From NCBI GenBank assembly GCA_047495785.1, contig JBLDXI010000034.1:1178001-1242000 (forward strand): DNA of 64,000 bases. Direction: 5' to 3'. Below are positions 35,202 through 47,514 of this stretch, piece after piece; positions within the stretch are counted from its first letter, which is position 1; every line of letters starts with the position of its first letter. The notes beneath the pieces are model-generated. The model did no database searches. It had not been told where the DNA came from and saw nothing but the letters and a program-made list of their open reading frames with translations. Source of the stretch: Lepidodermella squamata (Eukaryota > Animalia > Gastrotricha). The position numbers were made by a program, and so were the translations under genes.

Positions 35202-36139
35202 GGGCTCAATTCCGGGCCCCCCCCCCCTAGTTTCGTGCGGCCCCCAACATTAATTGCGCAATCAGAGGGTAAAAATGGACTTGTGCGCGAACGCTAAGTC
35301 GAAGTTTTTAAGAATTTCTAGGCCGCGCGCACTAATGTCAAAAGACTGCTTTTTATAATGTGAGCGGTTTTTATACCAAAATCTAGGTCAGACAATTCTC
35401 TATCGAATAGATATAGTATTCTCGCGTGAAAAATAAGTATAGAAATGTTTTACGTGCATCGCAAAATTCGAGGGGTGAGTGCGAGATGCGAGTTTTTCAC
35501 GCGAGAACACCATATTCAATCGATAGAGAATAGTCTGAATTATTTGTTGGTATTAAAACCGACGGGATATTTGAAAGTAATCTTTTAACTTCTTCACGCG
35601 CGGTCTTAAATTCGTTAAAAATCATGACTTAGTAAGTTTAACCTTGTGCGACTAATGCGCGCAGGCCAAGTCATGGTTTTTAACGAATTTAAGACCGCGC
35701 GTGAAGATGTTAAAAGATTACTTTCAAATATCCCGTCGGTTTTTAAACCAAAATGTAAGTCAGACAATTATCTATCGATTGAATATGTTGTTCTCGCGTG
35801 AAAACATTAATGGGAAAAAGTTTTACGTGCACCTCAGATTTTGCGCGCAGGGTGAGAGCGCGCGCACTTCGTTACAGAAATTTGGTGTGCACGTGAAACT
35901 TTTTCCCATTAATTTTTTCACGCGAGAACACCATATTCAATCGATAGAGAATTGTCTGACCTAGATTTTGGTATGAAAACCGCTCACATTATAAAAAGTG
36001 GTCTTTTGACATTAGTGCGCGCGGCCTAGAAATTCTTAAAAACTTCGACTTAGCGTTCGCGCACAAGTCCACTTTCACCTTCTGATTGCGCAATTAATGT
36101 TGGGGGCCGCACGAAACTAAGGGGGCCCGGAATTGAGCC
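35202..36139. mobile_element. Foldback/long-TIR element (about 940 bp)
   Basis: Arms GGCTCAATTCCGGGCCCC... / ...GGGGCCCGGAATTGAGCC, with inverted homology over several hundred bp; (C)AAAACA on both flanks; absent from the paralogous block. Confidence 0.82.
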
Positions 36140-36362
36140 AAAACATATTCTATATCTATAGGTAGCTCTCTTCACGCTCAGGTGTAAGGTCACGTGAGGC
36201 GTGAGGTCACGTGACCAACGTGGCACTCGATTTCCTCTGTAATTGGTAAAAGAAGGGGGCTTTCGAATTCTCGCTCCTCAATTCTTTCCCTATCGAAATA
36301 GGAGTTTAGGAAACAGGCAAGAGAGAATTACGATTTTCTTAAAAACTATCTGGGCATTTATT

Positions 36363-37256
36363 ATGTATTTCGCAACTTCCAATTTCAGCAGTAGCTCCAG
36401 GCGTAATATGAGGAACATTGCGGCCCTTTTGCAATTCATACAACTGCGCAAAACGACAAATGTAGCTGTAATTTCTTCACTTGTTGTATATAGCTCACAG
36501 GATTTGTAATCACATGCGTTGGATCCGCCTTAATCGCGGGCGATTTCGGCATATTCGCGCAATATGCGCCGAGTTTCGTCGATGCCAATTTGGGTGATCT
36601 GTGCATCATTGGAACTGAGCTTATTTTGTTTGGCATATCAAGCGAGGCCTATAGCTTTGCTAACATTGCTCAATTCTACTACGAAGATAGTGACGATGGG
36701 AAAGCAAAAATCTTCCGATACGCAGTATGGCTATCATTCTTCGCAAATCCTCAAACCACATAATTTTTATTAGGGACTCGGTCTAGCCAGTTTTGGCTTT
36801 CTTCCATGTTTCTCAGGTGCGCTCGTAGCAGGATCTGATCTAAGTAAATCATCCCTGGAGAGTGCTTTGAATGCCGAGCTCACCCGTAAACTGCCGTTTG
36901 GTAGTTTACTGCGAACTGCCAATCGCCGCTACGGATGCTGTGGTATCACAAGCAGCCAAGATGGGATATGCACCCGCGACTATCCTGGAGTGAATTGTAT
37001 CTTGGGCAGTGCTAACTGTTTCACTGGTTGTTTGGATGATATGTGGTCGGACCATTTTTCGACGTACCAGGGCCTTGTAATTGCCACTTTCTTGGCGTTG
37101 TCTCTGTCTTTGGTGTGTATGACGGATTTTTAGGTTGATTGGCAGCATTATTTAATAAGTTTTATGTTTCAGCTTTGCACGATGCTTTTCCCGGTCATAA
37201 AGCGGAAATGCTGCGATAAGGGACAGTCATACGGACATTTGAACGAGCAAAGCTAA
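36363..37256 (+). CDS. Tetraspanin-like gene B, copy 1 (4 exons; start uncertain, 36363 or 36408)
   Basis: Spliced reading FVITCVGSALIAGDF...YGCCGITSSQDGICTRDYPGVNC...CFTGCL...KCCDKGQSYGHLNEQS-stop. Confidence 0.7.
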
Positions 37257-37614
37257 AAATTGCTGATGTTATGCAAGCCGTAGTATACCAATTATATTCT
37301 ATGGAGATTTCATTCTGATTATGATTATGAATAATATTATAAAGGCAGTATCGTGTAATCAATTTCTTACTCTGTATTCCTGAATGCAAACACCATGTGA
37401 GACATGTATACGAAGCATGACCCTCTCCGATGGCGCCATCTCACTTGAAACAATTTGAGAATCCAAATTAAATCGAACAATAAGAAATGCTTGCATAATT
37501 CGGCCACCAAGAAAACATAAATTACCGTTAATATTATTTTCTGAATTTTCCAGGAAATTGGAAAAAGTATGTTGACTTCAAGATAAACGATTCTTGGAAT
37601 CCTAGATGATCTTT

Positions 37615-38650
37615 CACATCATTATTTCCAATGATTTGAAGGGCCCCGTTTCCACAAGAGGTTCAACTATATTATTCTTTGATTGTGTCAAAACCCTCAC
37701 GAGTAGAAATGAAGCAGCTGGTGAGCCTAACACAAGAACCCCAAATATACATTTGACCCTCCCTCAAATGATCTTCATAACAGGCTCTACCGAACCCAAT
37801 GTAAGCATTAAGGACGTACAGTTTTATTCAAATTTCAAATATCTGAGCAAGACAGGCGGTAAAACGCTGCTTAATCCGTTATCTGAGCAAAACGTTTTGC
37901 CAACACGTGAAAAACAACAATTTCACTGATAAATCCCATTTTTAACACCACATCAGCCCTATACATCATTTGCATGACATATGCTACTTGATTACATCGG
38001 GAAACACATACCAACCCGAGAGCAACCCACCCTGAGTGTGAATAGTAGCTTCGAAATGGATACCGTATAATGCACCAAGTCAATGATTCTACTTTCGGAA
38101 TCTAGTCTGGAGGGTTCCATCGCTTTCTTCTAGCAAATTACCCGAGAACTTCTTGAAATTCGGTCGCAAGCTCACTCGCCATCTTGATGAGACATATTGG
38201 AGCCTTACTCCCACATGACGAGGTTTTGATTCTCGGCGCGGATCAGAGCTCGAAATTTATGGAGGATGGCCACTAGAATGAAATTAACTAATAGCACTGG
38301 TACCTCACTGGTATTCTGGAAAGCCAGAAATGCCCTACAGCGCGCTTCGAAGTGGAGAAAATTGACAAAATTGGCCTATTTTGAGCTCTAACTCAATCTA
38401 TTTCGAATCAGCAAATCACGCTCAAGTTGTGTCACGCTCACATCGGTATGTGTTTCTCGATGTAAGATTTGTCTTAAAAATAAATTATTGGGTTGGCTGT
38501 GGGGGTTCGAAATCTGTTCTATGTGTGGAATTGGGGATGTGTTGGCAAGCAGTTTTGCTCAGAAGTGTCGCATGACCTTGTTGTTTGCATCCAGTCGGCA
38601 GCCGGCTGATAATTAACATTCTACACATAGTAGCTTCATTGGAAAAAGCT
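37615..38650 (-). pseudogene. Dispersed ASB 3'-end relic with downstream flank, split by an unrelated insert
   Basis: 37615-37885 resembles 21948-22225; the SOCS-box remnant resumes at about 38572-38650 (ATMCRMLIISRLPTGCKQ). Confidence 0.65.
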
Positions 38651-39579
38651 GCATTGCATAATACAGCCACATTGGGTACCAAATGGGATCATTACCCGAT
38701 CATTACCCGAGCGTATAAGGCCCGGCGTATTTATGAAGATAATCTACTGTCAAATAGTGAAATTAATGATTTATACAACTAAGGTGAGTATGCCTAATTC
38801 GTTATACGTCCTAATTCGTTACAGTTTGCCGAAAATCCGCCTGGCTTCGCGCCATTGATAGATATTCATTTCATCTTTACACCACATCTTGGGATGGATG
38901 TCCTCTACATTTTCGCAAAATTTCAGCCAATTCTGACCAATAGTCGTGACGTAATCGCGCCCGGTAAAAGGGGTGGTGTGAGTAGCGCGAAAAAAAATTA
39001 AGGACATTTGCAAATTCCTAATTTGTTACAAACGCGCCTGCTGTGAGAAGGCAAGGTGTCGCCCCGAAAATGTTGACACCAGCGTGGAGCCCGTGTTCGA
39101 TAGGTGCTAAAAATTCTTTTGTCGGTCAGCCGACGCATCACGCAAGGCCGGCGCGCTCCCTCTTTATCAGGGAGGTACGTGACTAGTGGAGCGTGACGCT
39201 GATTTGTTACACACAAAACAGAGCTCATTTCAGCGATGGTATGGCCGATTTCGATAAATCCTATGTCAAACGATGCGCCTCAACAAGACAATTGCAATGC
39301 ACCAATTTATGTTCGCGTTCGACACATAAGGGCGTGGTCAAGTCAAAAATTGTCAAAATTGACATTTTTTGACCGCCGCGACCCAGCCAACTTTGCGCAC
39401 CCACCGTTACGTAACCATAAGTGCCAGCGAGGGTTGCGCCATCAGATAGGGCGATACCTGAAGTAGGTGTGGGGCAAATTTCATGGTAATAGCAATCGAA
39501 ATGAGCGCGCAATGACAGAAATGGCGCAAAAAGACCGTTTTTGTAACGACTTGCACTTACACTTAGGCACACTTACCTT

Positions 39580-42192
39580 ACTTCTCGCTTCGATTTAGCT
39601 CTCGTCCTGCAATACCTGCCATCGTGTATGAAAACGAACCTATTTTTAGTGACTCGGAAAAGGCTGAAGTTTTCAGGAAACAGTTTGCTGGTGCGTATAA
39701 CAAAGAAACGTTTGAGCCTACTACTAATTTCTAGGCTGTATCGGATTGTCTACAGAATATTGAATTTTCGCCCGAATGTGTTTATGCTGTGTTGTGTGGA
39801 ATGAAAGAAAAGGGGCGGGCCTGATAATCTACCGGCGGTTCTAATTAAGAAACTTGCTCGTTCTATATCGATTCCTGTTGCTTTCATTTTCAGCCTCTCG
39901 TTAAACAGTGGAAATACCCTTAGTTTGGAAACACGCCAATGTTGCACCAATGACGGGGAACTCCCGTTGTCGTAGGCCGTGTTCGGTCTGTCGGCCTGTC
40001 GGTCTGTCGGTCTGTCGGTCGTCAAGGAGGAAGTGGGGTACCTATAAAAAATAGCGGTGTAGCCACAGTTACCCCATGCAGGCTGTATTCCGTTGTTAGG
40101 TGTGTCCAGAAGGAGGATAGAGGTGTCGTAAAAAAAACAGACTGTCCAACTGTCGCACAACCATCTATTATTGCTTATTCTTATTACTGAAGATTGAAAG
40201 GCGTGTTCAAGATTGCCGCAGGTGTGTATGTTTGTGTAAGGAGGATTAGTAAGTATCAAAACAATTAGAGTGACGGGGAACTCTCGTTGTCGCGAGTCGT
40301 CTATCACCTGTTTTCAACCCTCCCATGAAAAGTCTCCCGGGCACATGCAATTCGTACTGTTTTTCGGCTTGTGTGACATGGCAACTTTTGGCCTACGACT
40401 AGCGGTGGTAGCACGTTCCCTAGCCCCTGACCCGCTCACGTTTGGTTACGCTACGTATGCGCTCTATTTTTACTGAGTAAGCAAATGTGACTAACACGTA
40501 AATGTTCATATACTTGCACATTCGTGATTTGTAGCTCATCTTGAATTGAAGCCCCTGAGCGAAGATGCATTGACTTGCAAGCCCATCTCAAATAATAGCC
40601 CGGGCTACTACGTAACTTGATAAGATGCGGGATATATGGACCCTAATGCCAAGTCAACCATTATGGATCATGGGTGTGCACGAAAACGTTCTACGTTGGT
40701 TATGCATGTTTAAAGTCAGACGCGCCCGCGTGCTTGACAAAGTCACGGAGTTCCCCGTCAACTGTCAAAGGCAGCAGGCAGACAGTGGTAATTTTCAAGC
40801 GTAACGGTGATGCCTCATGTGCTGGAAACTATCGCCCGATTAGCCTGACTTGTATTCTTTGTAAAACGCAGGAAACTATTGTTAAGGAACATCTTCTTCT
40901 ATATCTATACAGAAATAACCTGATCTCTAAGAACCAGTACGGCTTCTTATCCCGTCGAAGTTGCGAAACGCAACTACTATCATGCATAGCAGACTGGCTG
41001 AAAATTCTCAACCAGATGCTGGATATAATAGTGATATATCTCGATTTATCAAAAGCCTTTGACGTTGTTCCGATTGTTTTATTACTGTCTAAGCAACGCG
41101 ATATCAGCATATGTGGCAAGCTTCACAATTGGATTAAAGCCTTCCTTTCCGAGCGTTTCTTCAGAACTGTTGTTAACTCAAGCGTCTCGGACTGGTCATC
41201 TGTTACCTCTGGCGTGCCTCAGGGCTCGGTTTTGGGCCCACTGCTTTTCCTGATTTTTACTGCCGATGTCAATGAGCTGATCAAGACGTCCCTTGCAAAA
41301 TTCTTCGCAGATGACACGAAACTCTACCACGTCATTCGCAGCCTAGCCGATTGCATTGAGTTGCAGCGGGACCTGGACAAAATCATTGAATGGTTTGAAG
41401 AAAACGGCTTATCCGTGAATTCAAAGAAGTGTGTTGTACTTTGGCTTGGTAGCAGAGGTCTCTCCTTTAAATTCAGGATAAAAGGTGTCGAACTAAATGT
41501 TGTTGAATCTGTGAAGGATCTTGGCATAATTGTTGACAAGGATTTGAATTTTTCTGAGCATTGCGAAGCACTCGCATTCAAGTGCCATCTGTAAATCATT
41601 TAGTTCCAAATCCCTTCGCTTCAAGGCTTATAAGACCTACACAATGTCAAGACTCGACTACTGCCCTTCTGTGTACTCTCCATATCTGCTCAAGGACATT
41701 CAGGCATTAGAATCTGTACAAGCCCGTTTCACAAAAAGATTATTATATCGCAGCTCATACTACTCGACAATTGAAGGTGCCTCATATGAAGAAAGACTTC
41801 GGAAATTAGGAATGTTATCCTTAGAGATGCGTCGTTTTCTGCACGATCTAGCTCTCAGCCATAAGCTTTATCTGAATATGGTGGACGAACAATTTTCTCG
41901 TTTCTTCACTATATCGAAAAGCGGTCGCTTGCAAAATCATGCAGTTGTGATGGAGAAGTTCAGAAAAATGAATTGTCAATATTCATTTGTGCGACGTGTG
42001 CGTGCGGCGTGGAATTCTATACCCTCTGAGGTCGTAAATAGCTCTCATTTTAATTTTGTAAAATATACTAAAAACATTGCCTGTGGACTAGAACAATATA
42101 CTATATCGGTGGTGAGGCGCCTCGACCCTTTTAATTGCTAAACGTCGCGAGACAAATTGCAACAATAAATCAGTATCAGTATCAGTATCAGT
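39580..42192 (+). mobile_element. CR1-group LINE, 5'-truncated, degenerate RT
   Basis: DSEKAEVF, WKHANVAP/IFK, NYRPISLT, YLDLSKAFD, GVPQGSVLGPLLF, FADD, KDLGI, LESVQARFTK; tail AATAA then (ATCAGT)4. Confidence 0.92.
39951..40791 (+). mobile_element. DINE-1/Helentron-like non-autonomous rolling-circle element nested in the CR1
   Basis: 5' TGACGGGGAACTC; (GTCGGTCT)n microsatellite; subterminal inverted GAGTTCCCCGTCA; 3' stem ACTGTC...GACAGT; no TSD; removing it restores CCA ATT TTC AAG. Confidence 0.65.
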
Positions 42193-42788
42193 ATTAAAAT
42201 GAGGTTCGTATGATATCGGATCAAATGAAAACGTCAATCGCGAGAAAATGAGTACGTCAAACATTGACGGTCGATTTGATTCGGGTAGTTAATTTGATCG
42301 AATGCCGAAGCATATCGTTCGTGTTGCGACGTAAGGGACCGCCAGTGCTGGCGCATATCTCTATATCATCTTGGAGGACATTTTTAAAACCTGAAATTTT
42401 CAATTAAGTTTGATCGACTATTGCGCATTTGCCACTGCCTAATTGTCACTGATATTTTGACCCGGATGAATTGTTACCACAAAATTAGCCAACAATTGTC
42501 AAAAATGTAAACAATTTTTCAAAATCTTTCCTGATTTTTTCTAAAATAGGTCACTGCTGATTTGACCCTCATTTGCTGGAAAGTCACTGCGCTGAAAAGT
42601 CTGACCACCAATATTTATTACTCACTCATGAGTTGATTGTATTTACTTATCATCAGTCAAGGGTTATATTAGTTAGGCCTTAGCAATACTAGAAAATTCG
42701 AAGCAAATTCTAATAATCAAAAATAAGCTTCCTGCCGCCTATGTACATCCTGAAGGCGCGGATTTAGAATATGAGGAATACGATGGTC

Positions 42789-43578
42789 CAGGGTGCGAAG
42801 TACAGGGGTGCTGGGGTGTCGGAACACCCCAGCTCGGTCTGGCGGGAGAAAATTTTAAAATTTAATTGGAGTTGTGAAATCCATTATAGAACCAAAGTAA
42901 TTTGAGAGAACGCCCATTGTGGGACGATGGATGCCGAGTTTTTAAGCAATTTCCGGCTATTCCTGACACTAAAATCGCCAAAAATATCGTCGGCTAAAGC
43001 TCGCTGCGCTCGCCTTCGGGTTTAAGGTTGTATAAGGGAATAAGCAACGGTGGCTAATTCAAGGTTCGACTATCGACCCTTCTAGTAGTTGCATAGAAAC
43101 CATTTGTTTGAACAATGCTCCGCGTCATCTCATTTATATAATTGCCTTGCCATTTTATGAGATTTCAGACCCTCCTTCGGGGTAAAATTTTAAAAAATGT
43201 CCCGCTTCGCTCGTATGTATGGCCTAATTTACTGGTAGGTAATGTTCAGATAAGAATGTTCAGTGATGTTCAAAGTCACTGAAGTAAAGAGCCCTTATTT
43301 GAGCCAAATATCAATGTGACAATGGGGAGAAAACGGATCGAACTAAAATGAAAGTAACGACTGTAAATAGTCAATTTTAGGAGGGTTTGGAACCCTTCAT
43401 AAACAAAAAAATCGGAAAATTTCTCGCTTCGCTCGTTTCATGGGTAAAAATCATAGCTAATTTTCCCCCATTCCGAGTAAATGCTATTGATTTCGCGAGC
43501 GAGCGTAGCGAGCGAGCGCAATTTTTTGTTGCTCAATATTAGGAACACTCCAGCTCGAAAATCCTACGTCGCACACTG
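42789..43578. mobile_element. Non-autonomous hAT element (790 bp)
   Basis: TIR CAGGGTGCGA / TCGCACACTG; 8-bp TSD CGATGGTC (42781-42788, 43579-43586). Confidence 0.85.
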
Positions 43579-44832
43579 CGATGGTCCGGTTAAAAAACCT
43601 CTGAAAAAATCTGAAATACAAGGCCCGGTATGATTGAGACTGGCAAAGAGAGCAAAATTAGATGGACATTTTAGCGGTCTACCGACCTTATCTTCCCGAC
43701 GGTTGCGCAAACCAGCTACTTTTGTTTACCGACTTTTTTACTCCGTCAATTCATTATCGAAAATTATTTATTCTTCAACATTTTCCAACCGACACTAGCG
43801 CATTAACATTTCAATTAAAAAAATTTTTTTTACTCGCGACATTTTAGAATTGACAAAATTTACCCGGCATTATCGCCCCGTCAGTATTTTATCGACGATA
43901 GATCCCCGACGGTTGGCAAGTTAATGTTAATAGTTCAATCAGCATTTCAACCCCGTGGCAAATGAAAGCTAATGAGTTGAGTAAAAGGGTCTTCATCAGA
44001 CCGTTCGGTCACATTGTTTTTACCCACGGCCTCGGCGACGTTTCGTGGCGACTGCATGACTGGCAGCAAGTAATGGATCAAAGTTCTCGTCATGGGTCAT
44101 CAGATGAAGATTGGTCGAGTCAATTGGTCGCCTCAAATTGTACAAATTATCGGCTGGAGTTTCGGAAAGCGTTGCAAAATTGAATAGCTACCGTAGGTCT
44201 AAAATCACGAATTAAGACAGTTTGGTCACTTATAGATCAAATAAGTTGGGTCCTGGGTCGCTTTTTTTGGGTCTTAGAACTTGATGCGTGGCGCGACTAA
44301 TTCCGGCACGGACTGTGCCAAATTAGAAGCTAACAATACGCCAGTATGAACCCGATGCTCATAACTCGTAGTATGATGGATTTCAGAGCGGTTTCACCTC
44401 TAGGGAAAAACCTGTAACAGGTATGAAGTCAAATGAGGTGTCATTCGATAGGAAATCGTTTCGATAAAGCGTAAAATATTTTTCAATCGATTTGGATTAT
44501 CGGCTGATTTTTCACCATTTAAAATCGATAAATCAATGATGATTCATCGATCTGATGATTCATCCAATCGTTACCAGCTACTGCAAAAACTACGTCATTG
44601 ACCTCACTAATATGGGTCAAGTGGTGCGCGCTACCACTAATAATAATGAAAGTACTATGCAAACCTCTGCTGCCTCTCCCCCTAGCGTGGGGGAGAGGCC
44701 TCTATTTCCTGGGGTTTGAATTTGAGCGAGGGACGATAATCATCTGTTGAAGTTGTTGGTTTCAAGAGACGGGAAGCGCGAAAGAGCTGTTGATGTTCAA
44801 ATAGGAGGTAGCTGCCGAACGTTCGCCGATGA

Positions 44833-44905
44833 GCGTCCGTGGCGTAGTGGTAAAAGAGTCCGCGTGTGCAACGAATGAAAGAGGGTTCAAATCCCGCAGC
44901 CTACA
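44833..44905 (+). ncRNA. tRNA-like Pol III unit (repeat copy 1)
   Basis: A box TGGCGTAGTGG, B box GGTTCAAATCC, followed by T runs; the cloverleaf is imperfect. Confidence 0.5.
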
Positions 44906-45771
44906 CACATTTTTATTTTTTTATTTTTTTTTATTTTTTCTGCGTAATAATTGCTAAATGTAGGATTGCGATAGCCCAGCAGATTCCGGAGATATTCTAA
45001 GCCCTCTGATTTTTTAAACAAATAATGCTTCAAACTGTGCCAACAAACTCAATCACATACCTAGAGCCAACCAAACAAACTCAACAAATTTATGGAGAGG
45101 GGGTTGAGATGCCCCTTCCTCTAGGGAGGGGCGACGGGGTGGGTATGGAAAAGGCCTTGTGGCCAGACGAACCAAAAAGGGGCTGATCACAAACTTTTCG
45201 CGCTAGCAAAGTCAGCCCCCTTGATGCGTGGCGCGACTAATTCCGGCACGGACTGTGCCAAATTAGAAGCTAACAATACGCCAGTATGAACCCGATGCTC
45301 ATAACTCGTAGTATGATGGATTTCACCCCCGCGAAAACTCGAGGGAAACACCTGTAACAGGTATAAAGTCACATGAGGTGTCATTCGATCGGAAATCGCT
45401 TCAATAAGACGTAAAATATTTTTCAATCGATTTGGACAATCGGCTGATTTTTCACAATTTAAAATCGATAAATCACTGATGATTCATCGATCTGATGATT
45501 CATCCAATCGTTACCAACTACTGCAAAAACTACGTCATTGACCTCACTAATATGGGTCAAGTAGTGCGCGCTACCACTAATAATAATGAAAGTACTATGC
45601 AAACCTCAGCTGCCTCTCCCCCTAGCGTGGGGGAGAGGCCTCTATTTCCTGGGGTATGAATGTGAGCAAGGGACGATAATTATCTGTTGAAGTTGTTAGT
45701 TTCAAGAGACGGGAAGCGCGAAAGAGCTGTTGATCTTCAAGTAGGAGGACGGCGCCAAGCTTAGCCTAACA

Positions 45772-45844
45772 GCGTCGGTGGCGTAGCGGTAAAAAAGGCT
45801 GCATGTGGAACGAATGAAAGAGGGTTCAAATCCTGCAGCCTACA
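45772..45844 (+). ncRNA. tRNA-like Pol III unit (repeat copy 2)
   Basis: A box TGGCGTAGCGG, B box GGTTCAAATCC, T-rich terminator. Confidence 0.5.
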
Positions 45845-46899
45845 CACATTTTTACTTTTTTTATTTTTTTTATTTTCTTGCACATTAATCGCCGAATGTC
45901 GGATTGCGATAGCCCAGCAGAATTTGGGAGATATTCTAAGCCCCCTGATTTTTAAATCAAATGCTTCAAACCTCGAGCCAACCAAACAAACTCAATCAAA
46001 TTTATGGAGAGGGGGTTGAGATGCCCCTTCCTATAGGGAGGGGCGACGGGGTGGGTATGGAAAAGGCCCTGTGGCCTGAACATCTAAAAAGGGGCTGATC
46101 ACAAACTTTTCGCGCTAGCAAAGTTAGTCCCTTTCAATGTTTAGGCGCACCTTTGTTCCGATAGGAACGAAAGTTCCCACCCCATTGCCATTTTCCGCGC
46201 CCTTTCCCCTTTTCCACATTAGTTATATGTAAGCACCCCCAAATCCCAAAAGGGCAGGGTTTTTCATCCGATTACCTTGCAAGTTATATCAATCGATAGC
46301 CCTTGACGAGAATAGCTTATAAAAGATTTTCCAGCTGTTTTCGCCGGACCAGTTTGAAGAAATTGGCAAAAAACTGCATTTGTCCTACTTTTCTGGGGGA
46401 CATGACCCAATTTAAAGTAGGTCAATGTGTTACTATTTTTAGCTGCGCAATCACTAATATAGGGCCAGTACTGCGCGCATCACTAATAATAGAGATGTAC
46501 TAATCGCGTTTTGGCCACTGTTACTTCAGTTTGCTTACAATTTGGCCTCCCTCCTCGGGGAGGGAGGCTTACGATAGATCATTGCTTACTCTCATTTTCC
46601 TAAAGATGTAACCTCGTGCAACAAAGGCCCAATTGAGGCACTAATAATAGAGATATACAATAGAAAATACAAGAAAATACAAGATATAACCCTGCACATC
46701 AAAGGCATAATTGCTGCAATTAATATTACAGCTATTGGTTTATTCATGTCGTAGATTCAGCTCATTGCCTGCCCTGATTGGGGCATTTTTATAATGAAGT
46801 CGAGAACAGGCGATAAGTGCTATAATATATAATGATATATACCGAAAGAAGTCTTTTTCTGCAAACTTGACGGATGGTTTTTTATTGACGTAAGTCGTA

Positions 46900-47514
46900 G
46901 ATGCACAGTTTTGGTGCCTCCGCTGATTACAAGGTCTTGCCGTTTTTTCGTCAGTCATGTCGGAGAAAAGGGTTAGTTGCCATAATCGGGGAAGCAGTTG
47001 AACAGTAGGCGAATGACAAAGCTCATATGGGATGATGATGACCGGCGAAAGGATAATTGATGAGGATGAGCTTTTCGAAAACATTTTCGAAAGACATTAG
47101 TTCTGGCGGTCTTACATTGAATATTGTTTCAATTGCTCCGGTAGTTTGACAGAATCGGTTATATTCGCAAGATTCGCGCATAGGTTGCACTTGCTCCACA
47201 GTGAATAATTGCATGTTGAGCATCAGTCCTATCTCATTTGGATCCATAAGCTGTTTGCTTCTACAGGAATCGATGTGTATTAGAAGAGTAATGTAGCACA
47301 AAGCGTGTTGGGTTTTTAGTCGTCGTTAAAATTGCAAAAGCAGGTGACAGGTCAAGGCTTACGAAGTCTTCAAGATGAGGCGGTGCGCATGAAAGGATTG
47401 TCCCGTGTTATGCAACGGGCTACGACATTTTAACCGAGTTTCGAAGGCCTGCGCGAGCTCATTATTGTACATCACATCACTTTCAGGTGTCGTTTTCTGT
47501 GCGTACGTTGGCAT
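46900..47514 (-). pseudogene. Degenerate BTB/POZ-domain gene; partial second copy at about 47883-48430
   Basis: GQSFHAHRLILKTS resembles the BTB F.AHR.IL..S motif; broken ORFs; shared segments (CATTAGTTCTGGCGGTCTTACATTGAA) at about 47095 and 48253. Confidence 0.4.

Larger units (their letters stand above)
44281..46133 (+). repeat. Head-to-tail dimer of a 940-bp unit with an internal tRNA-like sequence and a 3' hairpin
   Basis: TTGATGCGTGGCGCGACTAATTCC starts at 44281 and 45221; the units are colinear but diverged; 3' stem GGGGCTGA...TCAGCCCC. Confidence 0.88.

Noticed and set aside
44540-45510. CTGATGA motifs as hammerhead ribozyme cores
   Set aside because: No properly placed GAAA or supporting stems seen.
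44833-45844. Functional tRNA genes
   Set aside because: Acceptor and anticodon stems pair poorly and the two copies differ at core positions; reported only as tRNA-like.
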